Origin: Candidatus Methanoperedenaceae archaeon
GTDB taxonomy: Archaea; Halobacteriota; Methanosarcinia; Methanosarcinales; Methanoperedenaceae
Reading direction: 5' to 3'
NCBI GenBank assembly: GCA_963753595.1
Contig: CAVWCX010000027.1
Span: 32,001 to 96,000 of the forward strand
DNA length: 64,000 nucleotides
The notes below the pieces were generated by a model that was not told the DNA's origin, made no database searches, and worked only from the letters and a program-made list of their open reading frames with translations. Every line of letters starts with the position of its first letter. The first letter of the stretch is position 1. The position numbers and the translations under genes were made by a program. This document shows positions 42,010 to 52,698 of the stretch, one piece after another.

Positions 42010-42665
42010 AATGAAGTTATCTTTAGATTTTTCCTTTTTACCGGCAGATAGATATCTCCATCAGACCCATCAATTTTGATAGCAATACCTGTTCCCTCAC
42101 AGTAAGCCGTATATGCAGCAAGAATTGCATCAAGTTCATCATCCGATAAAAGCCGGTCATTTGTGATCTCATCCAGTCCCCCGATCAACAGAAGAAGCCC
42201 ATCCTGGATAACGCGGCGCCCAATTCCTGTTTTCTTTTTCACTTCCGTTCCAATGCCAAGCGTTCTCCTGGAAGCGTATGGGTACACCTCAATCACCTTT
42301 ACGCCGGTTTCTTTTTCAGCCCATTCCTTGAGGTCGATCCCCTTGTTTACCCATTTGCTCACCCACTCGGCTCCCGATGGATAACACGCAATACCATGTT
42401 TACGAAGTCGTGTTTCGCATTCCCTCATGGTGCCATGTTCGGGTTTTGATAGAGGCGCATCAATGGCTATTATCATTGATCCGGCTTTTTCTGATATATG
42501 TTTAATAAAGGAATGTATCAATGAATCGTCTGAAATAACATGTTCAGGTAAGGTTTCCATAAATGGCATCCCGTTTTTTTCAATAAGATAAGCAAGGCCA
42601 GTGCTTTTTCGCTGCATACTCGTGCCAAGATCAATGCCAATGAAAATTGTTGGTTTATAGTTCAT
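42006..42665 (-). CDS. DUF429-family RNase H-like nuclease
   Basis: GIDLG, AIDAPL, R.CE, EVYP, DELDA. Confidence 0.85.
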   Translation of the reverse strand: MNYKPTIFIGIDLGTSMQRKSTGLAYLIEKNGMPFMETLPEHVISDDSLIHSFIKHISEKAGSMIIAIDAPLSKPEHGTMRECETRLRKHGIACYPSGAEWVSKWVNKGIDLKEWAEKETGVKVIEVYPYASRRTLGIGTEVKKKTGIGRRVIQDGLLLLIGGLDEITNDRLLSDDELDAILAAYTAYCEGTGIAIKIDGSDGDIYLPVKRKNLKITSF

Positions 42666-43462
42666 TCCGATAACCTCAGAAGCATTCCGGAACGTCTTGC
42701 ATTAATAATAGCCCTGTCAAGACAGATCATGCCAATAACGAAATAAAAAAATCCCAGAGCAAAACCAAACATTACATTTGCCTCCCCATACCCATAAAAA
42801 GACCTCATATATTCAAGAAAATAAGTAAGGGGGATCGCATTCGCTATTACCTGTAAAACCCGGGGAAGCATAGAAACAGGATAATAGATCCCGCAAATGA
42901 ACATCATTATCCCGGTCAATGTCCAGGCTACTACCTCAGCACGTTGTCCGAACCTGAGAATTGAAATGCAGACAAGTATCCCGATAGATGCTGAGGTCAG
43001 GAAAAGTCCGCCCAAAAATACCATGGTCGGCCAGATTCCTGCAACAAGAAAATCAAAGCTGAAAAAATAGAATGACAGTACCATAAGGATAACAAATACA
43101 AGCGTGCTTCGAAGTATCCCAAAAAGAAGCGAGCCGATTATGAGGTGAAAGCCCCTGACCGGGGCCATGAACGTGTGTTTCACGCTTTTGCTCCACATAT
43201 CAAAAAGCATCACATAAGCGATATCAATCTGGCATACCTGGATTATAGACAGGGCGATCGCACCTATCAATAGAAAAGAAATCGTAGCCTCTGCCATTGA
43301 AAAGAATGTTGCCATAAGACCAATTGACATAAGGCCGATAAACGGCCAGAATATCACCTCAAAAATGGTGAAGAAATTTCGTTTTGCTATTATCCAGCTT
43401 TTATAAAAAGAAGCAAAAATCTTTCCGGCTTCGATACCCGGATCAATCATTTCTCTCTCCAT
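42662..43462 (-). CDS. ABC-2 type permease
   Basis: About 6 TM segments, GIYYPVSMLP...IPLTY motif. Confidence 0.88.
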   Translation of the reverse strand: MEREMIDPGIEAGKIFASFYKSWIIAKRNFFTIFEVIFWPFIGLMSIGLMATFFSMAEATISFLLIGAIALSIIQVCQIDIAYVMLFDMWSKSVKHTFMAPVRGFHLIIGSLLFGILRSTLVFVILMVLSFYFFSFDFLVAGIWPTMVFLGGLFLTSASIGILVCISILRFGQRAEVVAWTLTGIMMFICGIYYPVSMLPRVLQVIANAIPLTYFLEYMRSFYGYGEANVMFGFALGFFYFVIGMICLDRAIINARRSGMLLRLSE

Positions 43463-44966
43463 CTTTATATCTTAATCTTGGCAGGACTATATAAAAAGTA
43501 CTTCCATTGCCATCACTTTGGGCCCATATTTTTCCATAGTGTTTATCTATTATGCTTTTGCAAATGGAAAGACCGATTCCCACACCGCCATATTTCCTTA
43601 TGGCTGACCCGTCCACCTGGTAGAATTTGTCAAATATACTGTTTAATTTATCAGCCGGAATACCGATACCAGTATCTGAAATACTGATCTTGACTTGTTC
43701 TTTACACACTTTTGCTTTAATTGTGATTTTTCCATTATTCGGTGTAAATTTGATTGCGTTTATAAGTAAATTGGTTATGACCTGTACCAGTCTTTCTTCA
43801 TCCCCCCAGATTTCCGGAAGTTGTTGAATATTTTTTATGATAGTAATTTGTTTATCATTAGCCTGGGGATGGATATCCTGGGTGGTTTTTGAAAGAATAT
43901 TGTTTAAGGAAACAAGCCCATATTGCAATCCGAGCTTATTATTTTCCATGTTTGAAGTATCAAGTAATTCTTTTATGAGCTTGATCAACCGGTCAGAATT
44001 CCTGAGTATTATTTCAAGGCTCTTTTTTTGCTCTTTATTGATCTTACCCATTGTTCCATCATCAAGCAATTCCACAAAACCCCTGATGGAGGTTAGAGGG
44101 GTCAGTAATTCATGAGTAATATTTGAAATGAATTCAGTCTTGACATTGTCTTCTTCTAACAATTTTTCATAGGATCTTTCCAGTTTATAATGATATTCCT
44201 TGAGTTTTTGTTCCATCTTTATCTTTTCAGTAATATCCCTGGCTATTCCATGAATTCCCGTAACCCTGTCTCCTTCTTTTATTGGCCGCGTTCGTATCTC
44301 GGCCCATTTGTGCGTCCCGTTATTACAGATCAACTCATAAACTACTGGTTCCTGGATCGGTTCATTTGATGTATGTTTTTTAATCCTTTGCTTTGCAGAT
44401 TCAAGACTTTCAGGGGTGAGCCACCTGGATATATGAACGCCTATTATCTCTTCTTTACTGGCTTCAAGCATTCTGCACCCCGCATTATTGATCTCCCGGA
44501 ATAAACCATGAGCGTCAATCATGTACATGGGGTCATCAGCATTCTCGAAAAGATCACGGTATCTTGCTTCTGATTCTTGCAGGCTGATCTCATATTTCTT
44601 TTTTTCCGATATATCCCTGGTGACAATGACGTATTTCCTTTTCCCGTCTATAATTGTTTGAGAATGGGATACAAACAAATTTCTTATTTCCCCGCTTTTC
44701 GTTATTATTCTGGTCTCATAAGGCTTTTCAATTCCTGTTTGAATTTCCTGCCATCGCAGAAGCATGAAATCTTTAAGATCTTCCGGAATTACTTTCATAA
44801 AAGATTGACCGATCAATTCTTCGCGCGGCCATCCTGAAAGATTAAAAAAAGAATCGTTACCGAACTCGAACCTGCCACTGTCATCGACAACAAATATCCC
44901 GGCCACCGATGACTCTATCACCGTTTTGTGATAGTTTTCAGGATTTGATAAACTCTTCATACCCAT
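43443..44966 (-). CDS. PAS-PAS sensor histidine kinase
   Basis: Two PAS/PAC domains, HELLTPL, NAIKF, DTGIG, GVGIGL. Confidence 0.95.
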   Translation of the reverse strand: MGMKSLSNPENYHKTVIESSVAGIFVVDDSGRFEFGNDSFFNLSGWPREELIGQSFMKVIPEDLKDFMLLRWQEIQTGIEKPYETRIITKSGEIRNLFVSHSQTIIDGKRKYVIVTRDISEKKKYEISLQESEARYRDLFENADDPMYMIDAHGLFREINNAGCRMLEASKEEIIGVHISRWLTPESLESAKQRIKKHTSNEPIQEPVVYELICNNGTHKWAEIRTRPIKEGDRVTGIHGIARDITEKIKMEQKLKEYHYKLERSYEKLLEEDNVKTEFISNITHELLTPLTSIRGFVELLDDGTMGKINKEQKKSLEIILRNSDRLIKLIKELLDTSNMENNKLGLQYGLVSLNNILSKTTQDIHPQANDKQITIIKNIQQLPEIWGDEERLVQVITNLLINAIKFTPNNGKITIKAKVCKEQVKISISDTGIGIPADKLNSIFDKFYQVDGSAIRKYGGVGIGLSICKSIIDKHYGKIWAQSDGNGSTFYIVLPRLRYKDGERND

Positions 44967-45020
44967 TTATCGGTGGATATTGTTTCTTTATATACTTCAA
45001 TATATCCTATTTATTTTAAA

Positions 45021-45653
45021 TTATATTTCATCGGATTTTACCTTATTCAAAATTAAAGCTAATTTTATCAACCTGTTCATTGTTTTACGCATGCTCTTTA
45101 ATCCTTCCTCGTCTTCTTTTGCTCCCTGGCCCCCTTTGTCCTTTGACCAGAACGTTCCGCCCAGGTTCGCCCCGAATGACCCGCCGCCGACTGGAATTGC
45201 CTCATTGATAATATAAAAGTCAAGTATCGCCCGGATCGATGGTTCCTGCCCGCCAATGCGGTCTCCCCCGACAGCAAAAGCTGCTCCGGGTTTATTTAGG
45301 ATAAAATGTGGGTCCTGTGCGGCAGGCGCTCTGCACCTGTCCATTATTACTTTTGTCTGTCCGCTGACCATTCCCTGATATACCGGTGTCCCTATTATGA
45401 TAGCATCAGCCCATTTGAGTTTTTCATAAACTTCCTGCAGATCATCTTTATGGACGCAGCCTTTTTTCTCACGTATGCAGTAATCGCAATGGATACAGAA
45501 GTTCATTTTTTTACCCATGGCAGAAAAATATGCTGTCTCTACGTCATATTTTTCTTTAGCATATTTCAGGGCTTCCTGCACAATGTAATCAGTCGCGCCT
45601 TTTTTCGGGCTTCCACAAATACCAAAGAGTTTTATCCTGTGTTCTGTGTTCAC
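45021..45653 (-). CDS. Iron-sulfur flavoprotein / flavodoxin family
   Basis: GSPKKG, CIHCDYC-x5-C, GTPVY, GGQE. Confidence 0.9.
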   Translation of the reverse strand: MNTEHRIKLFGICGSPKKGATDYIVQEALKYAKEKYDVETAYFSAMGKKMNFCIHCDYCIREKKGCVHKDDLQEVYEKLKWADAIIIGTPVYQGMVSGQTKVIMDRCRAPAAQDPHFILNKPGAAFAVGGDRIGGQEPSIRAILDFYIINEAIPVGGGSFGANLGGTFWSKDKGGQGAKEDEEGLKSMRKTMNRLIKLALILNKVKSDEI

Positions 45654-45744
45654 ATATTATGAATTGGCAGGTTTACTCAAATAGCTGACGGGGCGTTAGA
45701 CTTAAGTATTACCATTCACAGAAATGGTATTGGAGGTAGTTAGT

Positions 45745-46200
45745 ATGGTAGAATCATGGGATGATTTTAGAAAATTTGAAGAAACTATGAACAGGATGTT
45801 TGAGAACTTTTGGGGAAGACCAACATCAAGGCGTCTATTGCCCTCGGGAGAGCGTGGTGCTATTGTTCCTGCCGAAAATCGTGAACCTTTCATAGATCTG
45901 ATGGAAAACGATAAAGAAATAACCGCAACAGCAGAGATGCCAGGTCTTGAAAAGCAGGATATCAAAATCAATGTCACAGAGGATAGACTTGAGATATCGG
46001 CCGAGACAAAACAAGAAGAAAAGAAGGAAGAAAAAGGTTATATTTACCGGGAAAGACGAAGCGGCAGCTATTATCGGGCAATTTCCCTGCCGTCGCCGGT
46101 AAATCCAGATAACTCAAAAGCAAGCTATAAGGATGGGATTCTTGAGATCAAAATGCCCAAGACAGAGATCAAGAAGAAAACACCCCTTCAGATCGAATAG
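45745..46200 (+). CDS. Small heat-shock protein Hsp20
   Basis: AEMPG, ERRSG, ASYKDGILEI; GGAGGT SD. Confidence 0.95.
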   Translation: MVESWDDFRKFEETMNRMFENFWGRPTSRRLLPSGERGAIVPAENREPFIDLMENDKEITATAEMPGLEKQDIKINVTEDRLEISAETKQEEKKEEKGYIYRERRSGSYYRAISLPSPVNPDNSKASYKDGILEIKMPKTEIKKKTPLQIE

Positions 46201-46210
46201 ATCAGTGAAG

Positions 46211-46250
46211 TGATGGCTATAAGCCATCAATACTGTTTTTTGAAAAAAAT
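46211..46250. terminator. Hairpin between convergent genes
   Basis: TGATGGCT-ATA-AGCCATCA followed by T and A runs. Confidence 0.5.
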
Positions 46251-47012
46251 TTAACCTATATACCTCAAATCTTCATCAGTTGAGGCGGGCATCTGTCCCT
46301 GCTCCATTTCCCGGAGTTTTGCAACGATCTTTTCCATCTCTGCCGCACGCTCTTCCAGGGGTGCCATATCAACTTTTATATCAAGTATCTTGCAAAGAAC
46401 TTTGAGTACGGCCTGGGCGCTTTTAGGATCAACAAGATATCCTGATGTTACACCCATGAGGCAGGCCGCATCAATACCACGCAATTCCCCGAGACCCAGA
46501 AGCAATCCTGACGCTCCCACAATACCGCCTCCGGGTTCATTGGGCTTGAATTCAACACCGTATCCTTTCAATTCCTTAACAAGTTTAATATTGTTAGCTG
46601 CCCCAAGAACTGTTTCAGTCTCAACGAGCTGGCCAACACCATACCCTCCAAGGGCATAAATTCGTTTTACCTTGAATTCTTCTGCTATATCAAGGAATAC
46701 ACCCGTCAATTCATAATGTCCTTCGTTCGTAGCGCTCTGGTGATCCCCAATCAGTATTAAAATATCATTCTTGCCTTTTGATTTATAAGCATATAACTCA
46801 TTTTTTACAAGCCTGACCGTACCGTCTTCTTCAACAATGACCTGGGGGGGCAAATGCGGAGAGTAAATTTCCATTATTTTTTTTGCGCCCAGTTCCTCGA
46901 TCATATGTTCTGCTACAAGTTTCCCCACATGCCCGACACCGGGAAGCCCCTCGATGAGTATAGGGTCTTTAAGCCGGGGTTTTTTTGTCCGTAAGATTGT
47001 TGTTTTTATCAT
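46251..47012 (-). CDS. PAC2-family proteasome assembly chaperone
   Basis: EGLPGVGHVG, LIGDHQ, LGGY, CLMGVTSGYLVDP; conserved position after nop10. Confidence 0.92.
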   Translation of the reverse strand: MIKTTILRTKKPRLKDPILIEGLPGVGHVGKLVAEHMIEELGAKKIMEIYSPHLPPQVIVEEDGTVRLVKNELYAYKSKGKNDILILIGDHQSATNEGHYELTGVFLDIAEEFKVKRIYALGGYGVGQLVETETVLGAANNIKLVKELKGYGVEFKPNEPGGGIVGASGLLLGLGELRGIDAACLMGVTSGYLVDPKSAQAVLKVLCKILDIKVDMAPLEERAAEMEKIVAKLREMEQGQMPASTDEDLRYIG

Positions 47013-47167
47013 GATCCTGTTTTTTTGGTTATCCGTCTGTATTTCCCGTATCTGTCTTCAAGAGAAAATCGAGCAGGACGAGAGTAATTTGCAGGAGAGC
47101 CGCAAAGGGGACAAACTTCCTTTAGCGTGTATCTCCCACATTTGCATTTTCTGATCTTTGATACCAT
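47009..47167 (-). CDS. nop10: H/ACA RNP protein Nop10
   Basis: Below ORF-track cutoff: MVSKIRKCKCGRYTLKEVCPLCG...PARFSLEDRYGKYRR. Confidence 0.92.
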   Translation of the reverse strand: MVSKIRKCKCGRYTLKEVCPLCGSPANYSRPARFSLEDRYGKYRRITKKTGS

Positions 47168-47184
47168 AGGTGCAGTTTTTGATA

Positions 47185-47988
47185 CTAGGATCCGGCTTTT
47201 TGTTCACTATGCCTGAAGAACTCACCACTTCCATCTGCTTTTTCAATTATCTTGATTGCTGATTGTGCAGCTTTCTTAAGCACGGCTTCAGCTTTCTTAT
47301 AATCAGGCGCTATGACGTGTATCCTGTACCTGGGTGCGCCCACATAACTAATATCTACCTTGATATCATCACCCACAACTTCGTTTGCGGCGGCAAGAGC
47401 TTTGCGTATATGATTTATCCCATCAGGGAGATAGCTTCTCAGGTCTATATAACCTGATATATCAACCTGCGGTTTTTTCAGGTTTTCATTTGCAACTTTT
47501 GTGATCGCATCAGCAATTTCTTTTCCCACACCAATTTTTGTCAGGAATGATGCACCTTCGGTTCTTGAATTTTCAAATGCTGCATAAACACTGCCAAATT
47601 TAGCATAGAAAAGGTCAGTCAATTTGGGAAGTTCTTCCGTGCTTATTTTAGTTGTCTTGGCAACATACTCGATCCATTTCTCTGCTTTTTGTTCATTCTT
47701 CCATTGCTGGATCTTTTCACGGCGCTGGTGTTCATTTACATCTTTGAGAGAAAGGTCGATATGATGCTTTGCCGTATCAACATACATTACTTTGCATACT
47801 ATCTTCTGGCCTTCCCTCACATGGTCCCTTATGTATTTGACCCAGCCGGAAGCCACATCCGATATATGGATCAAACCTTCTTTATGTCCGTATTCATCAA
47901 GTTCTACGAAAGCCCCGAAATCGGTAACTCTCTTAACACTGCATACAACATTGTCACCTTCATCGGGCCATCCGCTTCTTTCCATCAC
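47185..47988 (-). CDS. eif2a: Translation initiation factor aIF-2 alpha
   Basis: S1 domain ([10 protein letters not shown]...HIDLSLK), VGAPRY. Confidence 0.96.
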   Translation of the reverse strand: MMERSGWPDEGDNVVCSVKRVTDFGAFVELDEYGHKEGLIHISDVASGWVKYIRDHVREGQKIVCKVMYVDTAKHHIDLSLKDVNEHQRREKIQQWKNEQKAEKWIEYVAKTTKISTEELPKLTDLFYAKFGSVYAAFENSRTEGASFLTKIGVGKEIADAITKVANENLKKPQVDISGYIDLRSYLPDGINHIRKALAAANEVVGDDIKVDISYVGAPRYRIHVIAPDYKKAEAVLKKAAQSAIKIIEKADGSGEFFRHSEQKAGS

Positions 47989-48158
47989 TCAAGAACCTCT
48001 ATGATCTGTGTTTTTACGAACGCTTTCCCGCCTGTCGGCTCAGAAAGTGTCCTGTTGCAAACAAGACAGGTCACAGGTGTGCTTGCGCATCCGAAAATTA
48101 CCTGCTCATTCTCACAGTCGTTACATTTTACTTTTAAAAATCTGCTCTTTGGTTCCAT
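47985..48158 (-). CDS. rps27e: 30S ribosomal protein S27e
   Basis: [11 protein letters not shown]...CLVC...PTGGKA. Confidence 0.96.
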   Translation of the reverse strand: MEPKSRFLKVKCNDCENEQVIFGCASTPVTCLVCNRTLSEPTGGKAFVKTQIIEVLE

Positions 48159-48160
48159 AA

Positions 48161-48445
48161 TTAAGACTCCACGATCTCGAATTTCCCTGACCTGAAACAT
48201 TTGGGTTTCTGATGTGCTTTCTTACAGGTTTTGCATCTGTATCTCAGGTTAATGCGCTTTGTGGGCTTGTCCCCTCCGGGCACTTTTGAGAATTTGCCTG
48301 AATTTCCGATCCCTGTATGCCTGGCCTTTTGCCGGACTATTCTTGTCAATGTCGATGCTTGCCCCTTTTTTACTCTTTCCACTACATGCGGTGTATGGGT
48401 CTTGCATGACGGACAATATGTATTGAAATTTTTGGGTATTTTCAT
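48161..48445 (-). CDS. rpl44e: 50S ribosomal protein L44e
   Basis: [21 protein letters not shown]. Confidence 0.96.
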   Translation of the reverse strand: MKIPKNFNTYCPSCKTHTPHVVERVKKGQASTLTRIVRQKARHTGIGNSGKFSKVPGGDKPTKRINLRYRCKTCKKAHQKPKCFRSGKFEIVES

Positions 48446-48450
48446 GAGAA

Positions 48451-49257
48451 TCACCTTTTAACCATGATCTGAATGGCTGCCTTGCGATTGATCAATGCTT
48501 TAGCATTCACCGTCGATAACACAGCAACATCTTCTTTTGCCAAGGAATAATTGCGTCCATCGACTCCTACAAATGTTGGAATGTCTTTTAGCAGACGCAC
48601 CACAATGTATTCTTTACTTATATCCTTTTTGTCTGGACGTTCTTTACTTATGTCATTTTTTTCCAGAGGTTGTTTACTTTTATCGTTTTTCTCCTGAGGT
48701 TGTTTACGTTCATCTTTTTTCTCCGGAAGTTCTTTATTTATATCGTTTATCTCGCCGGGAAGTAATTCGGGTAAGATATCTTCCTCAGGCAAAACTACAG
48801 GCTGTTGATGGACAATCTTCTCTCTTTTGAATATCCTGTTGACTATTTCACTTCTCCATTCCGTCATCACTTCAAGAAGCCTGTTATAGAAAATCCTTTC
48901 TTCATGGGTCATTGAATCAAGGTTCTGTTTTTCCCTTTGTCTTGAAGACTCATGAAGGGACATTTCCGCATTATACCTTGCTTCATTGATTATTTTGGTA
49001 GTCCGCTTGTAGATTATGCTCTCGATAGCGTTTTTGACCGTTTTCTGTTCATCCTCGATAATTTCATGCTTTGTACTGTACGGATCATTGATCTTGCGTT
49101 TCTCATCTTCGAGATCCTGGATCTGTCCCGCGATATTCCCGTAAAAATCCTGCTCAAGGGGAACAAGTTTCTTTCGTTCCTCTCTTTCAACTTTCAGTAT
49201 GTTCTCAAGGTTTACACGGGATTTTTCAGTTTTTTCAGGCATATTCAGCAGCTCCAC
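48451..49257 (-). CDS. GINS family protein (Gins51 type)
   Basis: DFY helical A domain; C-terminal [18 protein letters not shown]...L..EDV B domain; follows priS. Confidence 0.88.
   Translation of the reverse strand: MELLNMPEKTEKSRVNLENILKVEREERKKLVPLEQDFYGNIAGQIQDLEDEKRKINDPYSTKHEIIEDEQKTVKNAIESIIYKRTTKIINEARYNAEMSLHESSRQREKQNLDSMTHEERIFYNRLLEVMTEWRSEIVNRIFKREKIVHQQPVVLPEEDILPELLPGEINDINKELPEKKDERKQPQEKNDKSKQPLEKNDISKERPDKKDISKEYIVVRLLKDIPTFVGVDGRNYSLAKEDVAVLSTVNAKALINRKAAIQIMVKR
48611..48753. repeat. 30-bp imperfect tandem repeat (about 5 units) in GINS linker
   Basis: Units start at 48611, 48641, 48671, 48701, 48731; encodes (P-x-K-x-D-x-x-K-E/Q-x)n. Confidence 0.8.
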
Positions 49258-50635
49258 GGCACATTAGATATATTGCCGCATATTCTGGCAGGGTGTTCTT
49301 ACCTTCTGTCACTGTAAAGCTTTTTCCTTTCATCTCGACTTTTGAATTCTGTGGCCGAAGAGGCGGGATAACCTCAATGTCTATCATTTTTTCACTGAAT
49401 ACCACGGCATCATTAAGAGGCTCAAAATTCTTGAATTCAGGCAGGGACAATGGCACGACCCGCATCCCTGAGCCGCCGTGAAGAGAGGAAGGCAGCCTTA
49501 TGAGGCGCCGGATATCGGCTGTAACGGGTTCGTCTGTGTGCGCGCTTCCAAGACTGATACTATTTTCTTCGATCGCCTTCTGGACAATTGCATCAAAAAT
49601 AAAAGAATCATCTATTATCCCCTGATTTTCAATCCGGTCCAGTGTTTCGGAGCTATTTGATATATTTCTTATATTCTTGAATATTATTGTTGCCTCTCGT
49701 TTATAATCCAATAGATCGTTCTTCATTAAGAAGTTTTTGACCTTATTTTTATAGATCCCGAGTTCCTGTGCTATTTTTTCGATCCCGATTCTGGGATTTT
49801 CTTTCTTCATATCAATTATCTGATCGGCAATATCTTCCGGGATCGTATCATAATTCGGTTTATTCAAATAATAATTCCTCATCAGCTGTACAATTTGATC
49901 CTGGGCTTCGGTTTCATCTTTAATCGAAATATCCTTCAAGAATTGAACAAGGTATTTGCTGATCCGTTTTCCCCAGCCGAATCCACCGGATCCATCTTCA
50001 AAAGAAGTTATTTTTCTTGATGTATCCAATTCTTTTTTCTTAAATTTCCCATCATCATATACCTTATGCTTTGCCGGCCGGAACAAAAAATCGACACTCA
50101 ATCCGGTTCCGCTCACATAATCCACGATTTCCCTCCTCTGGGCGCTTTCAAGTGTCAGAACCTTCGGATCACGCACATGGATATGATAACCGCGCCCTCC
50201 TGAAAACACTATGCTGATGTAATTTTCGGAAAAGCCAAAATCCTCAAGGAGAAAGTCAAGAAGCTTTCCTGTTTCTGATTTTACATTTGAGAGCATTTCT
50301 GCATAAGACCTTGCTTTTCCTGGCAAATGGTCTGCATCAAGATCGAATATCAGGTCAGCTCCCTGCCATTTTTTCTCTTTCATTGTAGATGCGCCTGGGA
50401 ATTCGTAATAGGCAGCCGAATGATACGCATGTGCGGGAACCATCCCGCGGATATAATCAAATGCTTCATTTTCACGGGAAAAAGCCTTGTGACGGCGCAT
50501 CACAACTTCGGGAAGTTCATCAAAGAATATAAAACCCCATTCGCGTCTTATAAAATCATGAGGCAGGTCAAGCAGGGAGTTCATGTAATAATCTGCAAAC
50601 CTTTTTCTCAAGAATTGCTTTGTCCTGAAATTCAC
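49235..50635 (-). CDS. priS: DNA primase catalytic subunit PriS
   Basis: REWGF, DLIFDLDADH, FSGGRGYH, DEPVTADIRRLIRLPSSLHG. Confidence 0.95.
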   Translation of the reverse strand: MNFRTKQFLRKRFADYYMNSLLDLPHDFIRREWGFIFFDELPEVVMRRHKAFSRENEAFDYIRGMVPAHAYHSAAYYEFPGASTMKEKKWQGADLIFDLDADHLPGKARSYAEMLSNVKSETGKLLDFLLEDFGFSENYISIVFSGGRGYHIHVRDPKVLTLESAQRREIVDYVSGTGLSVDFLFRPAKHKVYDDGKFKKKELDTSRKITSFEDGSGGFGWGKRISKYLVQFLKDISIKDETEAQDQIVQLMRNYYLNKPNYDTIPEDIADQIIDMKKENPRIGIEKIAQELGIYKNKVKNFLMKNDLLDYKREATIIFKNIRNISNSSETLDRIENQGIIDDSFIFDAIVQKAIEENSISLGSAHTDEPVTADIRRLIRLPSSLHGGSGMRVVPLSLPEFKNFEPLNDAVVFSEKMIDIEVIPPLRPQNSKVEMKGKSFTVTEGKNTLPEYAAIYLMCRGAAEYA

Positions 50636-50785
50636 GCCTTTTTATTGTCCTGCAAGCTTAAAACCATAATGTATCTGGCCGGGTTTATTTATAGTAGTAT
50701 CACTTTATTAGCGCAGGACCTGGAGAAACATTTCAAACTTATTATTATTGATGTAGTTTTTCCAGATTGAGGCAAAAACCATATT

Positions 50786-50859
50786 GGGCTCGTAGTATAG
50801 TCCGGATAGTACTTGGGCCTCCGGAGCCTAGGACCTGGGTTCAAATCCCAGCGAGCCCG
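50786..50859 (+). tRNA. tRNA-Arg(CCG)
   Basis: GGGCTCG...TGGGC CTCCGGA GCCTA...GGTTCAAATCC...CGAGCCCG. Confidence 0.95.
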
Positions 50860-50973
50860 TAACGGTCTAAATATCTGATTATGAGCATCACCATTATTAT
50901 AGCATCATTTGGATAAATATAAATAGCATGATGGGTTATATTGTATTGAATAACGGTTGTGAGGAAGGGTTAT

Positions 50974-51130
50974 ATGATGAAAAATAATACAACGGGAGTT
51001 ATCGTCGAATGGGATACGAGGAATGGCAACAGGTTTCGCAACAAAACAAGAAGCAGAGCGGTTTATTGAGCATATATGTAAAAAAACTGCACCACATCTG
51101 GATTATAGTATTTACAGTAGAGGCTTCTAA
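50974..51130 (+). CDS. Putative small protein (~51 aa), one apparent frameshift
   Basis: MMKNNTTGVIVEWDT / GMATGFATKQEAERFIEHIC...RGF*, with purine-rich SD, upstream TATA and downstream T-tract. Confidence 0.4.
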
Positions 51131-51184
51131 ATCCACCCAATAAATAAACAATTTATTTTTTTTTTACTTTTTTGCTAATGCTCA

Positions 51185-52474
51185 TTATTTCATAAGGGCG
51201 CTTGGCTCATCACCGCCGTGCCAGCTTTTCCTGGGACGGATGCGGACAACATGGGCGGACTCGGAATTGTCATCAACTATGAATGCCACTCCTTTTTCAG
51301 TCCCCATCTTTTTCAGGGAATCACCTATTCCCTCCCGCATATATGTCGGGCGGACAGCTTCAAGAGCGCTTATGTCATCCTGTGCCGTAAGGCGATGGCA
51401 GATTATAATATCACTTTGCGACATGACATCGGGATGAAGGGCTGCTGGTCTTTGTGTTGCAAAAATTATAGAAAGACCGGGTTGTCTTCCCTGCCTCAGC
51501 CATTCAGTCACAAGTACATCTGTTGCAGGCGTTTTAGTCTCACGGGGCAAAAATAAATGCGCTTCATCAACGAACATCCAGACCATGGGAATGCCTTCTT
51601 CACCTGGACTTCCTCCCATTTTCCTTTGCTCATAAATTCGCCTTGATCTTATACTTTCATCATATATTTTAGAACCAAGGATCTTAACAGCAATGGCCTT
51701 GATATTCTGGTTGTCAATGGAGCTAAGGTCAAGAACCATCACCTTTCCCTTTCTGATAATATCGGAAATAATGATCCCTTTTTCATGAAATATACCCCAC
51801 GAAATGGCCGAGCGGAAATAGTTATTAGCTGCCTTTCGCAAAGTCCTGTCTTCTTCTTTATCTTTATTTACAAAATCTATGATCGTATTCAAAGAGATTC
51901 CCGATGCGTTTTCCCTGATCTCTTCAATTATTTTCAGAATGAAAACACCCATTGCGCTTATCGGGTCAAGGCCAAATAAAGAACACCAGTCATACCCTGA
52001 AAGTTCTGACGGTGAAATTGAAAATGGCTTTACATCGATATTCATTTTTTCATAATGCCCAACGCTTCCTTCCGGGACAAACAATTCTATGTCGGTACCT
52101 GCAGGAGAAAAACCCCATTTTGATAAAATATCCTTTTCTTTACTGTTTGGGTGGCGCATTGTCCAGAAAATCCCCATCGTATCAATAACAAGAGCTGCAA
52201 TATTCACATTCCCCGGCAGTGATGCAAGTTCTTCGATCAATATTCCCATTGTATAAGACTTTCCATATCCGCGTTTACCGCAAATAAGAATGGCATGTGG
52301 TCTTAATGCATCCATCTGGACTTTTGATCCCATGGACTTATCAAGAGCGAGGTATCTTCCCACATTCAGAGTGCCAGTGTCCGTTTCCGTATCCCTCCTT
52401 CCGATCACGTATTGCTTATGGGTTACACCTGACTTTCGAAGATCCTGCGGGATTATTTTATCTTTTGAATTCAT
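51185..52474 (-). CDS. HerA/FtsK-like ATPase (DUF87 type)
   Basis: GKRGYGKS, MFVDEAH, RQGRQPG, ATQRP. Confidence 0.9.
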   Translation of the reverse strand: MNSKDKIIPQDLRKSGVTHKQYVIGRRDTETDTGTLNVGRYLALDKSMGSKVQMDALRPHAILICGKRGYGKSYTMGILIEELASLPGNVNIAALVIDTMGIFWTMRHPNSKEKDILSKWGFSPAGTDIELFVPEGSVGHYEKMNIDVKPFSISPSELSGYDWCSLFGLDPISAMGVFILKIIEEIRENASGISLNTIIDFVNKDKEEDRTLRKAANNYFRSAISWGIFHEKGIIISDIIRKGKVMVLDLSSIDNQNIKAIAVKILGSKIYDESIRSRRIYEQRKMGGSPGEEGIPMVWMFVDEAHLFLPRETKTPATDVLVTEWLRQGRQPGLSIIFATQRPAALHPDVMSQSDIIICHRLTAQDDISALEAVRPTYMREGIGDSLKKMGTEKGVAFIVDDNSESAHVVRIRPRKSWHGGDEPSALMK

Positions 52475-52698
52475 TTATTAAGTCCATTCAAGAAGAAAAG
52501 TAAATTCTGCGGAAAGTATTTAATATTTATGTTATTATTTTATATAAGATATACTTGTTATAATCATTATAATTCCAATTTGCATTATAATAATCGTAAT
52601 TATTATTATATATAGGATAAGATAAATTTAAATAATCATGGGATTTACAGCTATATTATCCTCAACAGGGTGGAATTAAATATCATATTTAATTAAAA

